A stretch of 32,000 nt of DNA, from contig NZ_CP046578.1 of assembly GCF_013365455.1 (NCBI RefSeq), positions 90,001 through 122,000 on the forward strand, written 5' to 3'. The position numbers and the translations under genes are program-made. Positions 20,312 through 32,000 of the stretch are shown here, in pieces; position 1 is the stretch's first letter, and every line of letters begins with the position of its first letter. The notes beneath the pieces are model-generated. The model searched no databases, was not told the DNA's origin, and saw only the letters and a list, made by a program, of their open reading frames with translations. Source of the DNA: Wolbachia endosymbiont of Dirofilaria (Dirofilaria) immitis (GTDB taxonomy: Bacteria; Pseudomonadota; Alphaproteobacteria; Rickettsiales; Anaplasmataceae).

Positions 20312-22222
20312 CTAAATGGGAATCTTGTTGAGTAAATTGTTCAGTTTCTTAGCAAACAAGTTTGCATTGTCCATTTCTTCGCCTTCTATAATGCAGGCTT
20401 GATAGAATAATAAGTGAACCATGTCTTCTAATGTTTGGCTTTCACCGCTTTCAGCGTGAGATTTCATGATACTTTTTATTACTGGATGCTTAGTGTTGAT
20501 TTCAAGCACCTTTGGCGTACGGTAATTCAGTTGTTTTTGTTCACGCAGAAAACGCTCCATTCTAAGATCCATAGCACCCTCATCGATTGCTAAACATACA
20601 GGACTATCAGTTAATTTTTTAGAAATTTTTACGCTTTTTACTGAGTTACTAAGAACTTTGGTGAAATATTGTAATATAGAATCTGCATTTTCTTCACTCC
20701 TTTTTTCATCTGACTTGCTTTCTTCATCTTTTTTTTTCGGAGAAAACTTTTCCAGATCTACGTCAGCGCGAGTTACGGACTTAAATTTTTGATCTTTGTA
20801 TTCATGCACTACACTAGTCCAGAAATCATCTACTGGATCAATAAACAGAAGAACTTCTAATTCTTTACTGATAAATCCTTCAAGTTGTGGACTATATTTT
20901 ACAGAATCCAGGCTATTTCCCGTGAGGTAGTAAACATGCTCTTGCTCAGGCTTCATTCTGCTTATGTAGTCATCAATGCTGACTAATTTATCGTTACCTG
21001 TGCTGTGAAATCTGCAGATTGAGAGCAGTGCTTCTCTCTCATCAGTTAGCATAGCTTCACAAAGGCCTTCTTTTAATACCGCACCAAAATTGGTCCAAAA
21101 TTTTGTATATTCCTCTAAATTTTCTTTTGCCTTTTTACTAAGTTCAGATATCACTCGTTTAGTGAGAGATTTTCTAATTTGCTCAACAACGCGATTATTC
21201 TGCAGTGTTTCTCTGCTAATGTTGAGAGGTAAATCTGGAGAATCAACAATTCCTTTTAAAAATCTTAAATACTGTGGTATAATCTGTACATTATCTTCAG
21301 TAATAAATACTTTATTTACATATAGCTTTACAGAGCAACGTCTGTCTGGGTGGAATAAATCAAAAGGTTTAATAGAGGGGATATAAAGCAAGTTTGTATA
21401 TTCTATTGCTCCTTCATTTTTATTATGTAATATCATCCAAGGCTCACCACCAACATGCGCAACACTATGAAAGAAATCGTTGTGCTCTTCTTGAGTAACA
21501 TCATTTTTTGGTTTAGTCCAAATTGCAGCTTTACTGTTTAATTTTTCACTTTTTCCCTCTTCATCTATGAACTCAACAGGAAAATTTATGTGATCCGAGT
21601 AAGTAGTAACAATGTTTGCAATACGAAACTTTTCTAAAAACTCGCTCTCTTCAGGACATATAACTAGGGTAATTTTAGTTCCACGAGCAATTTGATTACC
21701 TAATTTGCTGATTGAATATCTTCCATCTCCCTTTGATTTCCAGATCCAAGATTCCTTTTCTCCCGCCTTTTGAGATTCAACTATTACCTCTGAGGCAACC
21801 ATGAAACTTGAGTAAAAACCCACACCAAATTTTCCAATTAACTCTACAGTTTGGTTCGAATCTTTGCTACTTTTGATCGCTTCCAGGAATTTTTGTGTAC
21901 CAGAGCTAGCAATTCTGCCGAGGTTATCTATTAAATCCTGCCGGTTCATTCCAATACCATTGTCTGTTATATATAGCTCATTCTTATCTTTATTGCTACT
22001 AATGGTAATTTTTAACTCGTCACTTGAATCTAGTAAATTAGGGTCTAATTGGGACTCATAGCGTAATTTGTCACATGCATCTGATGCATTTGATATCAGT
22101 TCACGTAGAAAAATTCCTTTATTGGTATAGAGTGAATTAATTACTATATTTAGTACTTTTTCTATTTCAGCGTCAAATTTTAAATTTTCGGTTTCTTGTA
22201 TATTATACACTTTGAACTCCAT
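20312..22222 (-). CDS. htpG: Molecular chaperone HtpG (Hsp90)
   Basis: [63 protein letters not shown] and [15 protein letters not shown]. Confidence 0.96.
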   Translation of the reverse strand: MEFKVYNIQETENLKFDAEIEKVLNIVINSLYTNKGIFLRELISNASDACDKLRYESQLDPNLLDSSDELKITISSNKDKNELYITDNGIGMNRQDLIDNLGRIASSGTQKFLEAIKSSKDSNQTVELIGKFGVGFYSSFMVASEVIVESQKAGEKESWIWKSKGDGRYSISKLGNQIARGTKITLVICPEESEFLEKFRIANIVTTYSDHINFPVEFIDEEGKSEKLNSKAAIWTKPKNDVTQEEHNDFFHSVAHVGGEPWMILHNKNEGAIEYTNLLYIPSIKPFDLFHPDRRCSVKLYVNKVFITEDNVQIIPQYLRFLKGIVDSPDLPLNISRETLQNNRVVEQIRKSLTKRVISELSKKAKENLEEYTKFWTNFGAVLKEGLCEAMLTDEREALLSICRFHSTGNDKLVSIDDYISRMKPEQEHVYYLTGNSLDSVKYSPQLEGFISKELEVLLFIDPVDDFWTSVVHEYKDQKFKSVTRADVDLEKFSPKKKDEESKSDEKRSEENADSILQYFTKVLSNSVKSVKISKKLTDSPVCLAIDEGAMDLRMERFLREQKQLNYRTPKVLEINTKHPVIKSIMKSHAESGESQTLEDMVHLLFYQACIIEGEEMDNANLFAKKLNNLLNKIPI

Positions 22223-23462
22223 TTATTAGCTTACTACTTAATGATCTAAGTATTGTACTGGGATCTTTCAAGGTTGTGTGCACCAAAATTAACGTAGCTA
22301 CTATATTATTATAATACTCGATAAATCAAGTATCATAGTTATATTGATCAAACATTTTTTTAAACTGTTAAAAGCGGATTATTCTTTTATAAACTTGTTG
22401 TTTACTTCTTTTACTTTAAAGAGTGTTGATAAGGGCATTATCACTGAATTCTCAAATTTTGTTCTTGCTTTGAACCTTTACTTGTGATTTATAATAGAAT
22501 AAGAACTTTGCTAAAGTTCTTATTCTATTAATGCTTATTTGCTAAGCTAATTTTCAAACTGATACTTTTATAATTGAAAAACTTACTAAGTTGAACATTG
22601 TATTCCTAGCTATTTCTGATCCTAAGCTTAACTTTTTCATTTTATTTTTATAAAAAACTTTAATCTATATTTATTTGATGTGTTTTTTTATACTGCTCCT
22701 TTTATGTTATTAGCATTTTCTGTACTCTTTCACCTTAATCAAAAAGTAGTTTTCTAGTATTTTCTTCGAAAATTGTGTTAGAGAACTAAAAGAGTCTTTC
22801 TTCTTTTTGATTTTTTTGTAGAGCATTATTCTTCTCATTTTGCTCAAGCTTTTTATTGTTGAATTTTTCTTTTTAAATATTCTTACTGCTCGATGAAAAA
22901 TCGATATAATGGTTTTGATAAGGTTTAACCTGTTTGTGTAAAAGCTTTGGCAGTTGCGTTTATCAGCTTATTACAGTAACTTGTTCTTACTACTAAATCT
23001 ACTTCTTTTACTTATAGCAATATAGCCAAATTCTTCTTTTGATTTCTATGTTGATTACCTCAGTTTATTTATTGATCTTCATTATTCTTTGAGTTTTTTT
23101 GTTATTATTTTATAATATTCCCTATTTTCTTTTTGAAGTTTTTACCTTTCGCAACTTTTAGAGCTCTTGTTCCTTTTGAATATAATTAAACTTTTAATTA
23201 TATTCCTTCTGAAAACACGCATTAAAAAATGCAGAGAGTATATTTAAATCTTGTTTTAATATTCTTTTTGAGTTGTATTATTTAGCTTTGGCTATGCCTA
23301 CTTTTTAGTAGCGTATAAAATCAAGTGTGTCAGCCCATTGTAGAAGCGGATTAGCATAGCTTTTAATGATAATATCCCTTAGGCTTATTGGGAGCGTCTT
23401 ATTTATATTTTTTTATCAAAATGTTATTTACTTGTTAACCTAAAGTACGTAACAATGTAAAA

Positions 23463-24098
23463 ATGGAAAATAGCTCGCTAGCAGTAGTATTTGACTGGGA
23501 TAATACCTTAGTTGATATCCAAGGCAATATTTCTAATGCTGTTAATTATACTTTAGGCTCAATGGGATGTAACAATAAAGCTGCTAATAAAAATTCTTAT
23601 AAATCAGAAAGGAACTATATGATTGATTTATCTAGTGACCAGTGGGAAAAAGTAAATCAAATATATCGATATTTAGATAGTACGCTATTACAAAATATTA
23701 CCCTGAACCAGGGAGTAGGGAAAATGCTGCAGAAGTTGAAAAGCCACAATATTTATCTAGCAATAGTTAGTAATAAGAAAAATATTAATTTGCGTAAAGA
23801 AGTTGCCTATTTAAAGTTAGAATCTTACTTTAAAAGAGTAGTGGGTTCATGTGATACTGCAGAAGATAAACCATCTGCAATCCCACTGCTATTTGCCTTG
23901 GAAGAGAGTATTTTGCCTATAAGTAGAGAAAATGTATTTTTTGTTGGTGATAGCATCACAGATATTTTGTGTGCACAAAATGCTAATTGTTTACCAATTA
24001 TATATGGCCAATCAATAAGTGGGTACGAAGATTTGTTGTGTTTTCAACATTTTGATAAACTTACAGACTTCATAATAAAGTATTTAAAAAATAGATAA
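23463..24098 (+). CDS. HAD-family phosphatase, phosphoglycolate-phosphatase-like
   Basis: VVFDWDNTLVD (motif I), LAIVSNKKN (motif II), KP...VFFVGDSITDILCAQNANCLPIIYG (motifs III/IV). Confidence 0.85.
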   Translation: MENSSLAVVFDWDNTLVDIQGNISNAVNYTLGSMGCNNKAANKNSYKSERNYMIDLSSDQWEKVNQIYRYLDSTLLQNITLNQGVGKMLQKLKSHNIYLAIVSNKKNINLRKEVAYLKLESYFKRVVGSCDTAEDKPSAIPLLFALEESILPISRENVFFVGDSITDILCAQNANCLPIIYGQSISGYEDLLCFQHFDKLTDFIIKYLKNR

Positions 24099-24592
24099 TG
24101 AACACTGTTATAGAGATTGCCAGTATACAAAGGCGCTTTTGCGCATATTTACTAGATATAGCAATTTTGCTAGTTCCAACCTTATTAATTGTCCTTTTAT
24201 TAAAGGATTTTCCGTTAATTCTATATCTACTGTATATATGTATGAATTGCGGTTACTTTACATATTTTATATCTTCAGTAGCTCAAGCAACTCCCGGTCA
24301 GCAGTTAATGAACATATATACTATTAGTTTAGATGGTTCTAGAATAGATTTGAGTTTAGCATTTGATAAAAGTATCTCTCAGTTTTTTCTTCCTTTATTG
24401 AATAACGTGATAGTTATCCTCATCGATTTTTTTCATGCTCAGGAATCATTAGTAAATGCCTTGAATATACTGGAAGTAATCATAGTTCTGCTCACATTGT
24501 GCTGGTATTTAGTAGCTTGCTTCTCTAAAAACAAGCAGACATATCATGACATGCTATTTGGTACAATTGTTGTAAAGGGAACTATCAAATGA
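24098..24592 (+). CDS. RDD-family membrane protein
   Basis: IASIQRRFCAYLLDIAILLVP ... TPGQQLMNIYTISLDG ... KQTYHDMLFGTIVV matches RDD family landmarks. The start overlaps the preceding stop by 1 nt (TAATG). Confidence 0.8.
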   Translation: MNTVIEIASIQRRFCAYLLDIAILLVPTLLIVLLLKDFPLILYLLYICMNCGYFTYFISSVAQATPGQQLMNIYTISLDGSRIDLSLAFDKSISQFFLPLLNNVIVILIDFFHAQESLVNALNILEVIIVLLTLCWYLVACFSKNKQTYHDMLFGTIVVKGTIK

Positions 24593-24912
24593 ACTAGTGA
24601 CCTCTATTGTTATGCAGATTATATTGGTAAATTAAACTAAAAGAAGGTTGTGAGTAAAGGAGTAATAAAGCATTTGAGTGAGTTAACTTTTATATGCTAG
24701 TATTTTTATATTTTATGGTTCTCAAAAGGGGTGAAATTAGTGATCTTGGTGAAGAATTTGAGCATGCAAATGAGCTGGGAAAAAGGATTTTATTAGCGTA
24801 ATGTTATTAGAGGAATTATTGGAAAACGAGGAAGGACAGTTTACATTGAGTTGAAGGGTAGGTTAGCCTCATTGGGCTTATAGTTAAAATTATTTAAAGA
24901 TATGAATATAAA

Positions 24913-25536
24913 GTGTTAAAGAAAATAGTATTTATTTTGATCTTACCTTGTTTACTTCTTTTTTCATTAGGGTTATGGCAATTATTTAGGTTGTACTGGA
25001 AAAGTAATATTATTAAAAATATGAATCTTCCGGTTGTTCATCTATTGCCCAATGACGATCTTACAAAGTTTAACTATAGACATATCAAGATTGATGGAAT
25101 TCTAAGTAATGTAGACTTATATGTTTTTGCAGGGCAACGCGGTTATTATATGCTATCTCCTATGCTGCTTACTACTGGACATTATATGTTAGTGAATAAA
25201 GGGTTAATCAAGGAAAGGAAGAGAGAAGGAACAAAAATTGAGAAAGTAACTGTAAGTGGAGTTTTATATTGTGATAGTAGTAAAAGCAAGAGTTGGTTGA
25301 TCAAGAATGATACTATTTTGAATGTGTGGTTTACCTTAAGTACAGAAGAAATTTCCGATGAGCTTGGTATTAAGCTAGAGAAGTGTGTGTTATGGCAAAA
25401 AGGTTTTAGCGATAAATCAACTATACAGCCGATAAAACACTTGGAATATGCAATAACTTGGTTTGTGCTTTTCTTGATTTGGTTGACTATATGTATAGCC
25501 TATTATAGACAAAACAAATTCCATACAAGCAGTTGA
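24913..25536 (+). CDS. SURF1/SHY1-family cytochrome oxidase assembly protein
   Basis: LGLWQLFRLYWK, YRHIKIDGILSN, GYYMLSPMLLTTGHYMLVNKGLI, and C-terminal HLEYAITWFVLFLIWLTICIAYY. Confidence 0.8.
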   Translation: MLKKIVFILILPCLLLFSLGLWQLFRLYWKSNIIKNMNLPVVHLLPNDDLTKFNYRHIKIDGILSNVDLYVFAGQRGYYMLSPMLLTTGHYMLVNKGLIKERKREGTKIEKVTVSGVLYCDSSKSKSWLIKNDTILNVWFTLSTEEISDELGIKLEKCVLWQKGFSDKSTIQPIKHLEYAITWFVLFLIWLTICIAYYRQNKFHTSS

Positions 25537-26148
25537 TACATATATCTATATATGCTGTAATTTGTAGGTAATTTATGAACAGATGGGCGTCATTTCAGTT
25601 GCTCGATATTAAGGATTTAGGAGAAAAAGAAATTTACTAAAATTAAAGAGGTAAGAGAACCACTGTGATAAGTAGTCTTCTAGATTAAAACTGAACAGAG
25701 CATAGGTGGATTTACTAGTAGGAGGTAGGTGGTAATATTCATGTTATTGAGATTTAGACTGGTTTATATTTCTAGAGTAATTTTATTAAAATTTGTGGTG
25801 GTGCTTCTATGAACTTTCTTAAGTAGCTGAAAGCATTTTATCTTGCAGATCAGCAGAGCAGTTCACATACGAGAGTTAGACTTATGTTAATGATGGGGGT
25901 AGGTCGGATATTTTATATGGGTTTTGAGAAATTGATGGGCCTTTTTGCTACACTATATCTAGAATAGTTCTATATGTTAGAGATTGGGGAAAGTAAAAAC
26001 AGTAACTTATTACTATATTTGTGCAAAAATGGTCAATGGATACCTAAATTTGACTTAGAAAAACTTTACTATCATTCAGCTGAAACTCAGGAACTTAAGT
26101 AGGTTAGCTGTGTTAATGAAATTAAATCTATTAGTATAATTGCTATTC

Positions 26149-27978
26149 TTACAAAGAAGATTTTCTCACTTTTTCTTTGCTTTCGTTTTCATTTCTAACA
26201 ATCTTTTTTCCGTCTAGTATATCTTTGATTTCATCTCCAGTTAAAGTCTCAAACTCTAGTAAATTTTCAGCAATAAGTTCCAGATCTTTGTTGCATTTGG
26301 TTAAGATATCTTTTGCCTTTTCATAACATAAAGATATAATTCTTTTTACTTCTTCATCTATAAGCTTCAGAGTGTCTTCAGAAATTATGTTGGAGCCATA
26401 TACATTTTGTTCACGGTTATGATATATAGGTCCTATTTTATCACTCATTCCCCACTTTGTTACCATGGCACGTGATAAATCAGATGCTTGTTTTATGTCT
26501 GAAGATGCACCGCTTGTGACCTTACCATATCCAAAAGTCAACTCTTCTGCTACTCTTCCACCCATAGCAACGGTAATATCTGCTATCATTTTTTCTCTTG
26601 TATGAGATACTCTATCTGTTTCTGGTAATCTCATAACTAAACCTAAGGCTCTGCCTCTTGGGATAATAGTTGCTTTGTGTATTGGATCAGAAGCAGCCAT
26701 GTTAACGGCAATTATTGCATGTCCAGCTTCGTGGTATGCAGTAAGTTTTCTTTCCTCTTCTGTCATAACTAAGGATCGCCTCTCCACACCCATCATCACT
26801 TTATCACGTGCATATTCGAAATCATCCATAGTAACAATTTTTTTATTCCTTCTTGCAGCAATAAGTGCAGATTCATTCACTAAATTTGCCAGATCAGCTC
26901 CTGAAAATCCAGGTGTTCCTCTTGCAACTGTTTTTACATTTACATCTGGTGCTATTGATATCTTTTTTATATGGGTGTTTAATATTTTTTCACGTCCATT
27001 TATATCGGGTAAGGAAATAGTTATCTGTCGGTCAAAACGACCAGGTCTAAGCAATGCTGGATCTAAAACATCCGGACGGTTAGTTGCTGCAACTATTATC
27101 ACACCTTCGTTGGATTCAAAGCCATCCATTTCAACTAATAGCTGATTTAATGTTTGTTCTCTCTCGTCATTGCCACCGCCAAGGCCAATGCCGCGGTGTC
27201 TGCCTACTGCATCTATTTCGTCTATAAAGATTATACAAGGAGCATTTTTTTTGCCTTGATCGAACATGTCGCGAACGCGGCTTGCGCCAACACCAACAAA
27301 CATTTCAACAAAATCAGACCCGGAGATGCTAAAAAATGGTACATTAGCTTCACCTGCAATTGCGCGAGCAAGTAAGGTTTTACCAGTTCCAGGAGAACCA
27401 ATTAAAAGGCATCCTTTTGGTATTTTTCCACCTAATATCTGAAATTTTTGCCTTTGTTTGAGAAAATCAACAATTTCTACTAACTCTTCTTTTGCTTCAT
27501 CAATTCCAGCAACATCGTCAAATGTTACTTTTTTCCCGCTAGTCATGAGCCTAGCTTTTGATTTACCGAAGCTTATGGTTCTGTTACCTCCTGCTTGTGT
27601 TTGTTTTAAGAGAAAAAGCAATAAGCCAATAAAGATAAATGTTGGAATCCATTGAATAAGTAGTCCACCAATGATACTCATTGCAGAATCTCCAGTTGAA
27701 AAGGAGAATTTCACTTTTCTATCATGTAAGCTTTTTATTAAGTCACTATATATGATACTACTTGAATTAAAGCTTGACCCATCTCTGAACTTACCTTCAA
27801 TACTCTGGTTTTTTATGATGACATGTTCTATATCATCATCTTCTAGCCTGATTAAAAATTCTGAAAAAGGTATGGTTATTTTGCTTTTACCTATGTTCCC
27901 ACTGAATTGAATATAAGCAACTGAGACAAGTACAACTATTACTAACCAAATCAATAAGCCTTCTAGAAACTTTTTCAT
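26149..27978 (-). CDS. ftsH: ATP-dependent zinc metalloprotease FtsH
   Basis: Walker A GSPGTGKT, Walker [15 protein letters not shown] region RPGRFDRQI, zinc motif HEAGH, and an N-terminal TM segment. Confidence 0.97.
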   Translation of the reverse strand: MKKFLEGLLIWLVIVVLVSVAYIQFSGNIGKSKITIPFSEFLIRLEDDDIEHVIIKNQSIEGKFRDGSSFNSSSIIYSDLIKSLHDRKVKFSFSTGDSAMSIIGGLLIQWIPTFIFIGLLLFLLKQTQAGGNRTISFGKSKARLMTSGKKVTFDDVAGIDEAKEELVEIVDFLKQRQKFQILGGKIPKGCLLIGSPGTGKTLLARAIAGEANVPFFSISGSDFVEMFVGVGASRVRDMFDQGKKNAPCIIFIDEIDAVGRHRGIGLGGGNDEREQTLNQLLVEMDGFESNEGVIIVAATNRPDVLDPALLRPGRFDRQITISLPDINGREKILNTHIKKISIAPDVNVKTVARGTPGFSGADLANLVNESALIAARRNKKIVTMDDFEYARDKVMMGVERRSLVMTEEERKLTAYHEAGHAIIAVNMAASDPIHKATIIPRGRALGLVMRLPETDRVSHTREKMIADITVAMGGRVAEELTFGYGKVTSGASSDIKQASDLSRAMVTKWGMSDKIGPIYHNREQNVYGSNIISEDTLKLIDEEVKRIISLCYEKAKDILTKCNKDLELIAENLLEFETLTGDEIKDILDGKKIVRNENESKEKVRKSSL

Positions 27979-27990
27979 TGTTATTTTTAA

Positions 27991-29334
27991 CTAGACATCA
28001 ATTAAGCTTATCAGATTTTGTTTTATTATACTATTAGCAATGAATTGAATCTTGCCATCATTGACATTTTCTCCATCATAATTTATATAAGGATAAGCTA
28101 ATATCTTCCCTTCTTTTTGTATTGTGGGTAAGGAATAAAAAACTTCAGAGCAACAATTATGATCTTTTAAAAATTTGGGAATCTTTTGTGTTTTTTTCAA
28201 CGGGATAATGGTTACTGAACACTCCTGATTTTTAAGTATCGTGCAGGTAAATCTATTATCCCATTTAATAGAGCCATTTAATGGTAGACTTACAGATACT
28301 TCTTGTATCTTTGATGGTTCTCTGATTACTAATATGCTTTCTCCATATTTCCTTATTTTACACTCAGAGAGTATGCAATGAATATTAGTGTCGTCCTTTT
28401 GCGATATTTTATTAAATATTGCTATGAGACTGTTGTATCTTGGTTTATAGTGTTTACTACTAATTACCATTATAGAATAAAGAAGTAGTCTTAAAGCTAT
28501 TTCCTCTGGCAATTTATAAAATTCACTTAATTTGATTTCAATATACCCGAGATTATGAATGTTAACACAGTCATTAAACGCAAGGCGAGTATAGTAAATC
28601 AGTGCCTTTACTGCTCTTTTTATATGAAAAGTTGTGAGACATATTCGTTCTGTTAGAATCCTCTGATTATCACTTGCTTTAAGCAAGTTACGATATAATG
28701 TACGCCTGTACTTCAAATTCTGGTTGCTTTTATCTTCAACCCATTTTAACTGATAGAGATTTGCGTATCTTTCTACTTCGCTACGACTAAAATTTAAAAG
28801 TGGTCTTAATATGTAAATGCCATTAAAAGAAAATTTCCAGTCCATGGACGATAACCCATCTATGCCACTACCGCGTTCAAGTCTAAGTAGAAATGTTTCT
28901 GCTTGGTCATCTTTATGATGAGCAACAAGCAAGTACTTAACACCGTTGTTTTTGCACCATTCTGTTAATAGCTTATACCGTGCTTTTCGTGCTTGTAATT
29001 GAATGTTACCTTTGACGTTTTGTTTTTCCCAGTTTAATGTAAATGACTCTTTTACTCCAAGTTTTTTTGTGTAACTTAGAACAAACTCAGCTTCTTTCTG
29101 GGATTCTAAACGCAACCCATGGTTTACTGTTAATGCTACAGGGAGTGACCACTGCCTTTTTTTTGCCCAATTAACCATTAAATGTAACAGACTTATGCTG
29201 TCAACACCACCTGACACTGCAACTGCAACTTTGTTGTTGTGAGTAATAAAACCTTTAATTGCATTTTGAAATAATGATTCTAGTCCCATTGTATTTCTTG
29301 CATGATTTATTTTTATTAGATTATCATACAACAA
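27991..29334 (-). CDS. tilS: tRNA(Ile)-lysidine synthase
   Basis: PP-loop [19 protein letters not shown]; [30 protein letters not shown]; IYILRPLL. Confidence 0.93.
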   Translation of the reverse strand: MLYDNLIKINHARNTMGLESLFQNAIKGFITHNNKVAVAVSGGVDSISLLHLMVNWAKKRQWSLPVALTVNHGLRLESQKEAEFVLSYTKKLGVKESFTLNWEKQNVKGNIQLQARKARYKLLTEWCKNNGVKYLLVAHHKDDQAETFLLRLERGSGIDGLSSMDWKFSFNGIYILRPLLNFSRSEVERYANLYQLKWVEDKSNQNLKYRRTLYRNLLKASDNQRILTERICLTTFHIKRAVKALIYYTRLAFNDCVNIHNLGYIEIKLSEFYKLPEEIALRLLLYSIMVISSKHYKPRYNSLIAIFNKISQKDDTNIHCILSECKIRKYGESILVIREPSKIQEVSVSLPLNGSIKWDNRFTCTILKNQECSVTIIPLKKTQKIPKFLKDHNCCSEVFYSLPTIQKEGKILAYPYINYDGENVNDGKIQFIANSIIKQNLISLIDV

Positions 29335-29486
29335 GTAAGAAACTTACTTGTTTCAACCATGCTGATATTTCCTTTTCTCTAAACTCTCCTTCTCTATTAG
29401 CCCTAATGCCCTTCCTTAACACTACTGGAGCTTCTTCTGCTTTAATCCCAGTATTAAAGCACTGGGATCAGCTTTTAAGCAAGAAG

Positions 29487-29969
29487 CTATTTCTTTGCTT
29501 TAGAAAATGAAAACTCCACTCTGCGATTCTTAGCGTGCTGTTTTTCATACTTGGAGTTCTTAGAGTTGTCTTGTACATAAACTAAAGGTTCAGCTTCACC
29601 TCTAGAGGCAGTTTTTATTCTACTTTCTAAGTAAGGTGCACAGCTAACCATAAATTTTTTAGCTGCATCTGCTCTTCTTTCACCTAATGCAACGTTGTAC
29701 TCGTAAGAGCCACGATTGTCAGTGTGGCCGATTGCAGTAACCTTTATATCAGGGTTATTTTGCAATACTTCTATTACATCAAGTAATGTATCTGCACTTG
29801 CTTCAATAATATTAGATTTATCATAGCCAAAGAAAACTCTTTTTTCACTCATCTGCTGAACAACAGAATTCGTTCTGTTTGTTGTGGCTAATTCTCTTTT
29901 TTTGCTACAAGAGCTTGCACCAGTAAGTAGTAAACAAAAACAACACATTATAATCAATCTACTCCACAT
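29487..29969 (-). CDS. pal: Peptidoglycan-associated lipoprotein (OmpA-like C-terminus)
   Basis: Signal-like N-terminus with Cys, then VFFGYDKSNI...VTAIGHTDNRGSYEYNVALGERRADAAKKF...KNRRVEF. Confidence 0.9.
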   Translation of the reverse strand: MWSRLIIMCCFCLLLTGASSCSKKRELATTNRTNSVVQQMSEKRVFFGYDKSNIIEASADTLLDVIEVLQNNPDIKVTAIGHTDNRGSYEYNVALGERRADAAKKFMVSCAPYLESRIKTASRGEAEPLVYVQDNSKNSKYEKQHAKNRRVEFSFSKAKK

Positions 29970-30243
29970 TACTAGACCTCCATAAATTTTTAAATATAGT
30001 TTTAAGTTTCATTAATTCATGATCTCTCTATATTATAATGTAGTCAAGGAAAATAAAACACTGGATGCTTTTTTATAATTTTGCAGTTTATCTTTAATAA
30101 GATGTTGGGCTTTCGATAAAAGAATCTAGTGAAGCTGTAGTGTGCGCAATTTTTTGTTGTACTTTGAGTAAATATACTTTTAACTTTATTGTTAATTTAT
30201 TACTACGATGTTAAACAGATATTTTCTAAAAAAATGAACAAAT

Positions 30244-31671
30244 ATGAAATCTTATAAGCTCTTAGAGGAAGTATTGTGTAGGGTAGGAAGTATTGAAAAT
30301 ACACTAAAAGTGTTAAGCCAAAGTCAGTTGAATATAGAAGATAAAATTGAGCAAATTGGTCTCCTAGAAGAAATTAGACATGAAATTATTTCTCACAGTA
30401 TAATAAGGGAATTATTAATAGAAGCAGGTGCTTTTAATAGTGAAAGGAGTGCTAACAATTGGCAACTGAAGTTAATAGAAAGGATGCATAAAGGTAGTAG
30501 TGCTATCTCCATTGATTTAGTGAGATCCTTATCGAAAGCTAAAGTTGAGTGCCAGAATTTATGTAAGTTATCTAAGTCTGAGGCTAGTAATTTGGGGAAA
30601 TTGAAAAGACGCTTTGCTGATTTAATTAAGCTAATTCGTGAAGTAGCTTCTATAAAATCGCAGCAGTTGAAATGTTTGAAGTATGATTCATTACTTGCTG
30701 ACTATGATTTTGATATTACAGAAAAGAATATAAGGGAAACATTTCCTAGGATAGGCAAGTTTTTTAGTAGAAATGTAGATAAAGTAATTGAAAAGCAGAA
30801 GAAAGGTAAAGTTATTAATATACAGAAAGTTACTGCTCGGAAGCAAATTGAACTTGGCTCACTATGTTTACAGCAAATAGGTGGTACATCATACCATCCT
30901 TCTTATTATGACCCTATAGATTATAACGAATCTGACTTTTGTTACGGTTTGTTCTTACTTTTACGGCGTAGTGGTTATGAGATTTATCAAAAGCATTTAG
31001 CACAAAATTCTATAAATAATTTTATTGCAAAACATATTATGTATGAAACTCAAGGGTTATTCATGGAAAAAATGATTGGAACATCTAGAGAATTTATTGA
31101 GTTTATTCAACCGTACATAAAAGAGAAATTTGCTGTGAGAGATAAAATTAGTGCAAAAGCTAGCAGCATTGAGAATTTATACTTGATTTTTAATAAAGTA
31201 AATCTTTCTTCTCCTTTGAAAAATGCAGATGAATTTACTCTGCTAGCTCACATTATGCTAAGAACTAGATTGGAACAGAATATGATAAATGGTACTTTAG
31301 AGGTAGAAGATTTGCACGATGCATGGTTGGAAGGTATGAAGCACTATAAAATTCCGGTAAAAGCTAAAAATGAGCTAGATACTTGTTTTCAAGATGAATA
31401 TTGGGCAAGAGGAATTATAGGGTATTTTCCTATTAAAGTGATGGCTTTAATTACTGCTGTACAGATTTTTTCTTTTATTAAAAGGAATCATTATGAGATT
31501 CTGGGTGCTATAATAAAGGGAGATTTTAGTTTACTTATTAAGTGGTTGTCTAAAAATATGTGCAGTACAAAGTATGGTTCTTTAGGTCTGCTAAAAAGAG
31601 TAACGGGCAAGGGATTAGATGTTGAGTGCTGTACTAGCTACTTATCTGAAAAGTATGATTTACCTCAATAA
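30244..31671 (+). CDS. Carboxypeptidase Taq (M32)-like protein, predicted catalytically inactive
   Basis: 475 aa. Aligns by eye with M32 landmarks (DYNESDFCYGLFLLLRRSGYEIYQKHLA; MYETQGLFMEKMIGTSREF; DEYWARGIIGYFPIKVMALITAVQIF), but HExGH is replaced by RRSGY. Confidence 0.7.
   Translation: MKSYKLLEEVLCRVGSIENTLKVLSQSQLNIEDKIEQIGLLEEIRHEIISHSIIRELLIEAGAFNSERSANNWQLKLIERMHKGSSAISIDLVRSLSKAKVECQNLCKLSKSEASNLGKLKRRFADLIKLIREVASIKSQQLKCLKYDSLLADYDFDITEKNIRETFPRIGKFFSRNVDKVIEKQKKGKVINIQKVTARKQIELGSLCLQQIGGTSYHPSYYDPIDYNESDFCYGLFLLLRRSGYEIYQKHLAQNSINNFIAKHIMYETQGLFMEKMIGTSREFIEFIQPYIKEKFAVRDKISAKASSIENLYLIFNKVNLSSPLKNADEFTLLAHIMLRTRLEQNMINGTLEVEDLHDAWLEGMKHYKIPVKAKNELDTCFQDEYWARGIIGYFPIKVMALITAVQIFSFIKRNHYEILGAIIKGDFSLLIKWLSKNMCSTKYGSLGLLKRVTGKGLDVECCTSYLSEKYDLPQ

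Positions 31672-32000
<329 letters not shown>

Noticed and set aside
21845-21860. GGTTCGAATC tRNA T-loop-like string
   Set aside because: Lies inside htpG coding sequence with no acceptor/anticodon context; not a tRNA. I found no convincing tRNA elsewhere in the window.
21090-22061. Plus-strand ORFs of 98 and 65 aa opposite htpG
   Set aside because: Antisense shadow ORFs of htpG.
26675-27910. Plus-strand ORFs of 65-156 aa opposite ftsH
   Set aside because: Shadow ORFs antisense to a highly conserved gene; no motif support.
29259-29510. Plus-strand 83-aa ORF across the tilS start and tilS/pal intergenic region
   Set aside because: Mostly antisense to tilS and intergenic, no protein-like motif; likely fortuitous.

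Overview
This window looks like chromosomal sequence from a Wolbachia-type (Anaplasmataceae, Rickettsiales) endosymbiont. FtsZ, CtrA, SdhB, HemA and the rest of the gene content fit that lineage; the assignment rests on recall of protein sequences, with no database search. Genes with intact ORFs: ybeY, sdhB, a PAS-only sensor, GNAT, pgpA, gpsA, ctrA, rimM, efp, a suhB-like gene, hemA, a membrane-anchored Ser/Gln-rich protein, htpG, a gph-like HAD gene, an RDD gene, a surf1-like gene, ftsH, tilS, pal, an M32-like gene and the start of mreB. RNase P RNA lies on the minus strand at about 9527-9870. Coding density is low, about 63% by summing my calls, with 1-2.4 kb gaps. Some gaps contain recognisable decayed genes: an acetylornithine-aminotransferase-like gene and a histidine-kinase C-terminus. 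I found no CRISPR, phage, toxin or defence locus, or other new system. The best observations are: (1) ftsZ is split by a 1-nt deficit in an A8 tract that is also an in-phase A_AAA_AAA -1 slippery heptamer; (2) bcp is full length but has ATA where the start codon should be, 8 nt after a good SD sequence, so the ORF track truncates it; (3) two homologs have lost their catalytic motifs (SuhB-like and M32-like); (4) decayed argD-like and histidine-kinase remnants; (5) a TTAA-N7-TTAA CtrA-type box between gpsA and ctrA.
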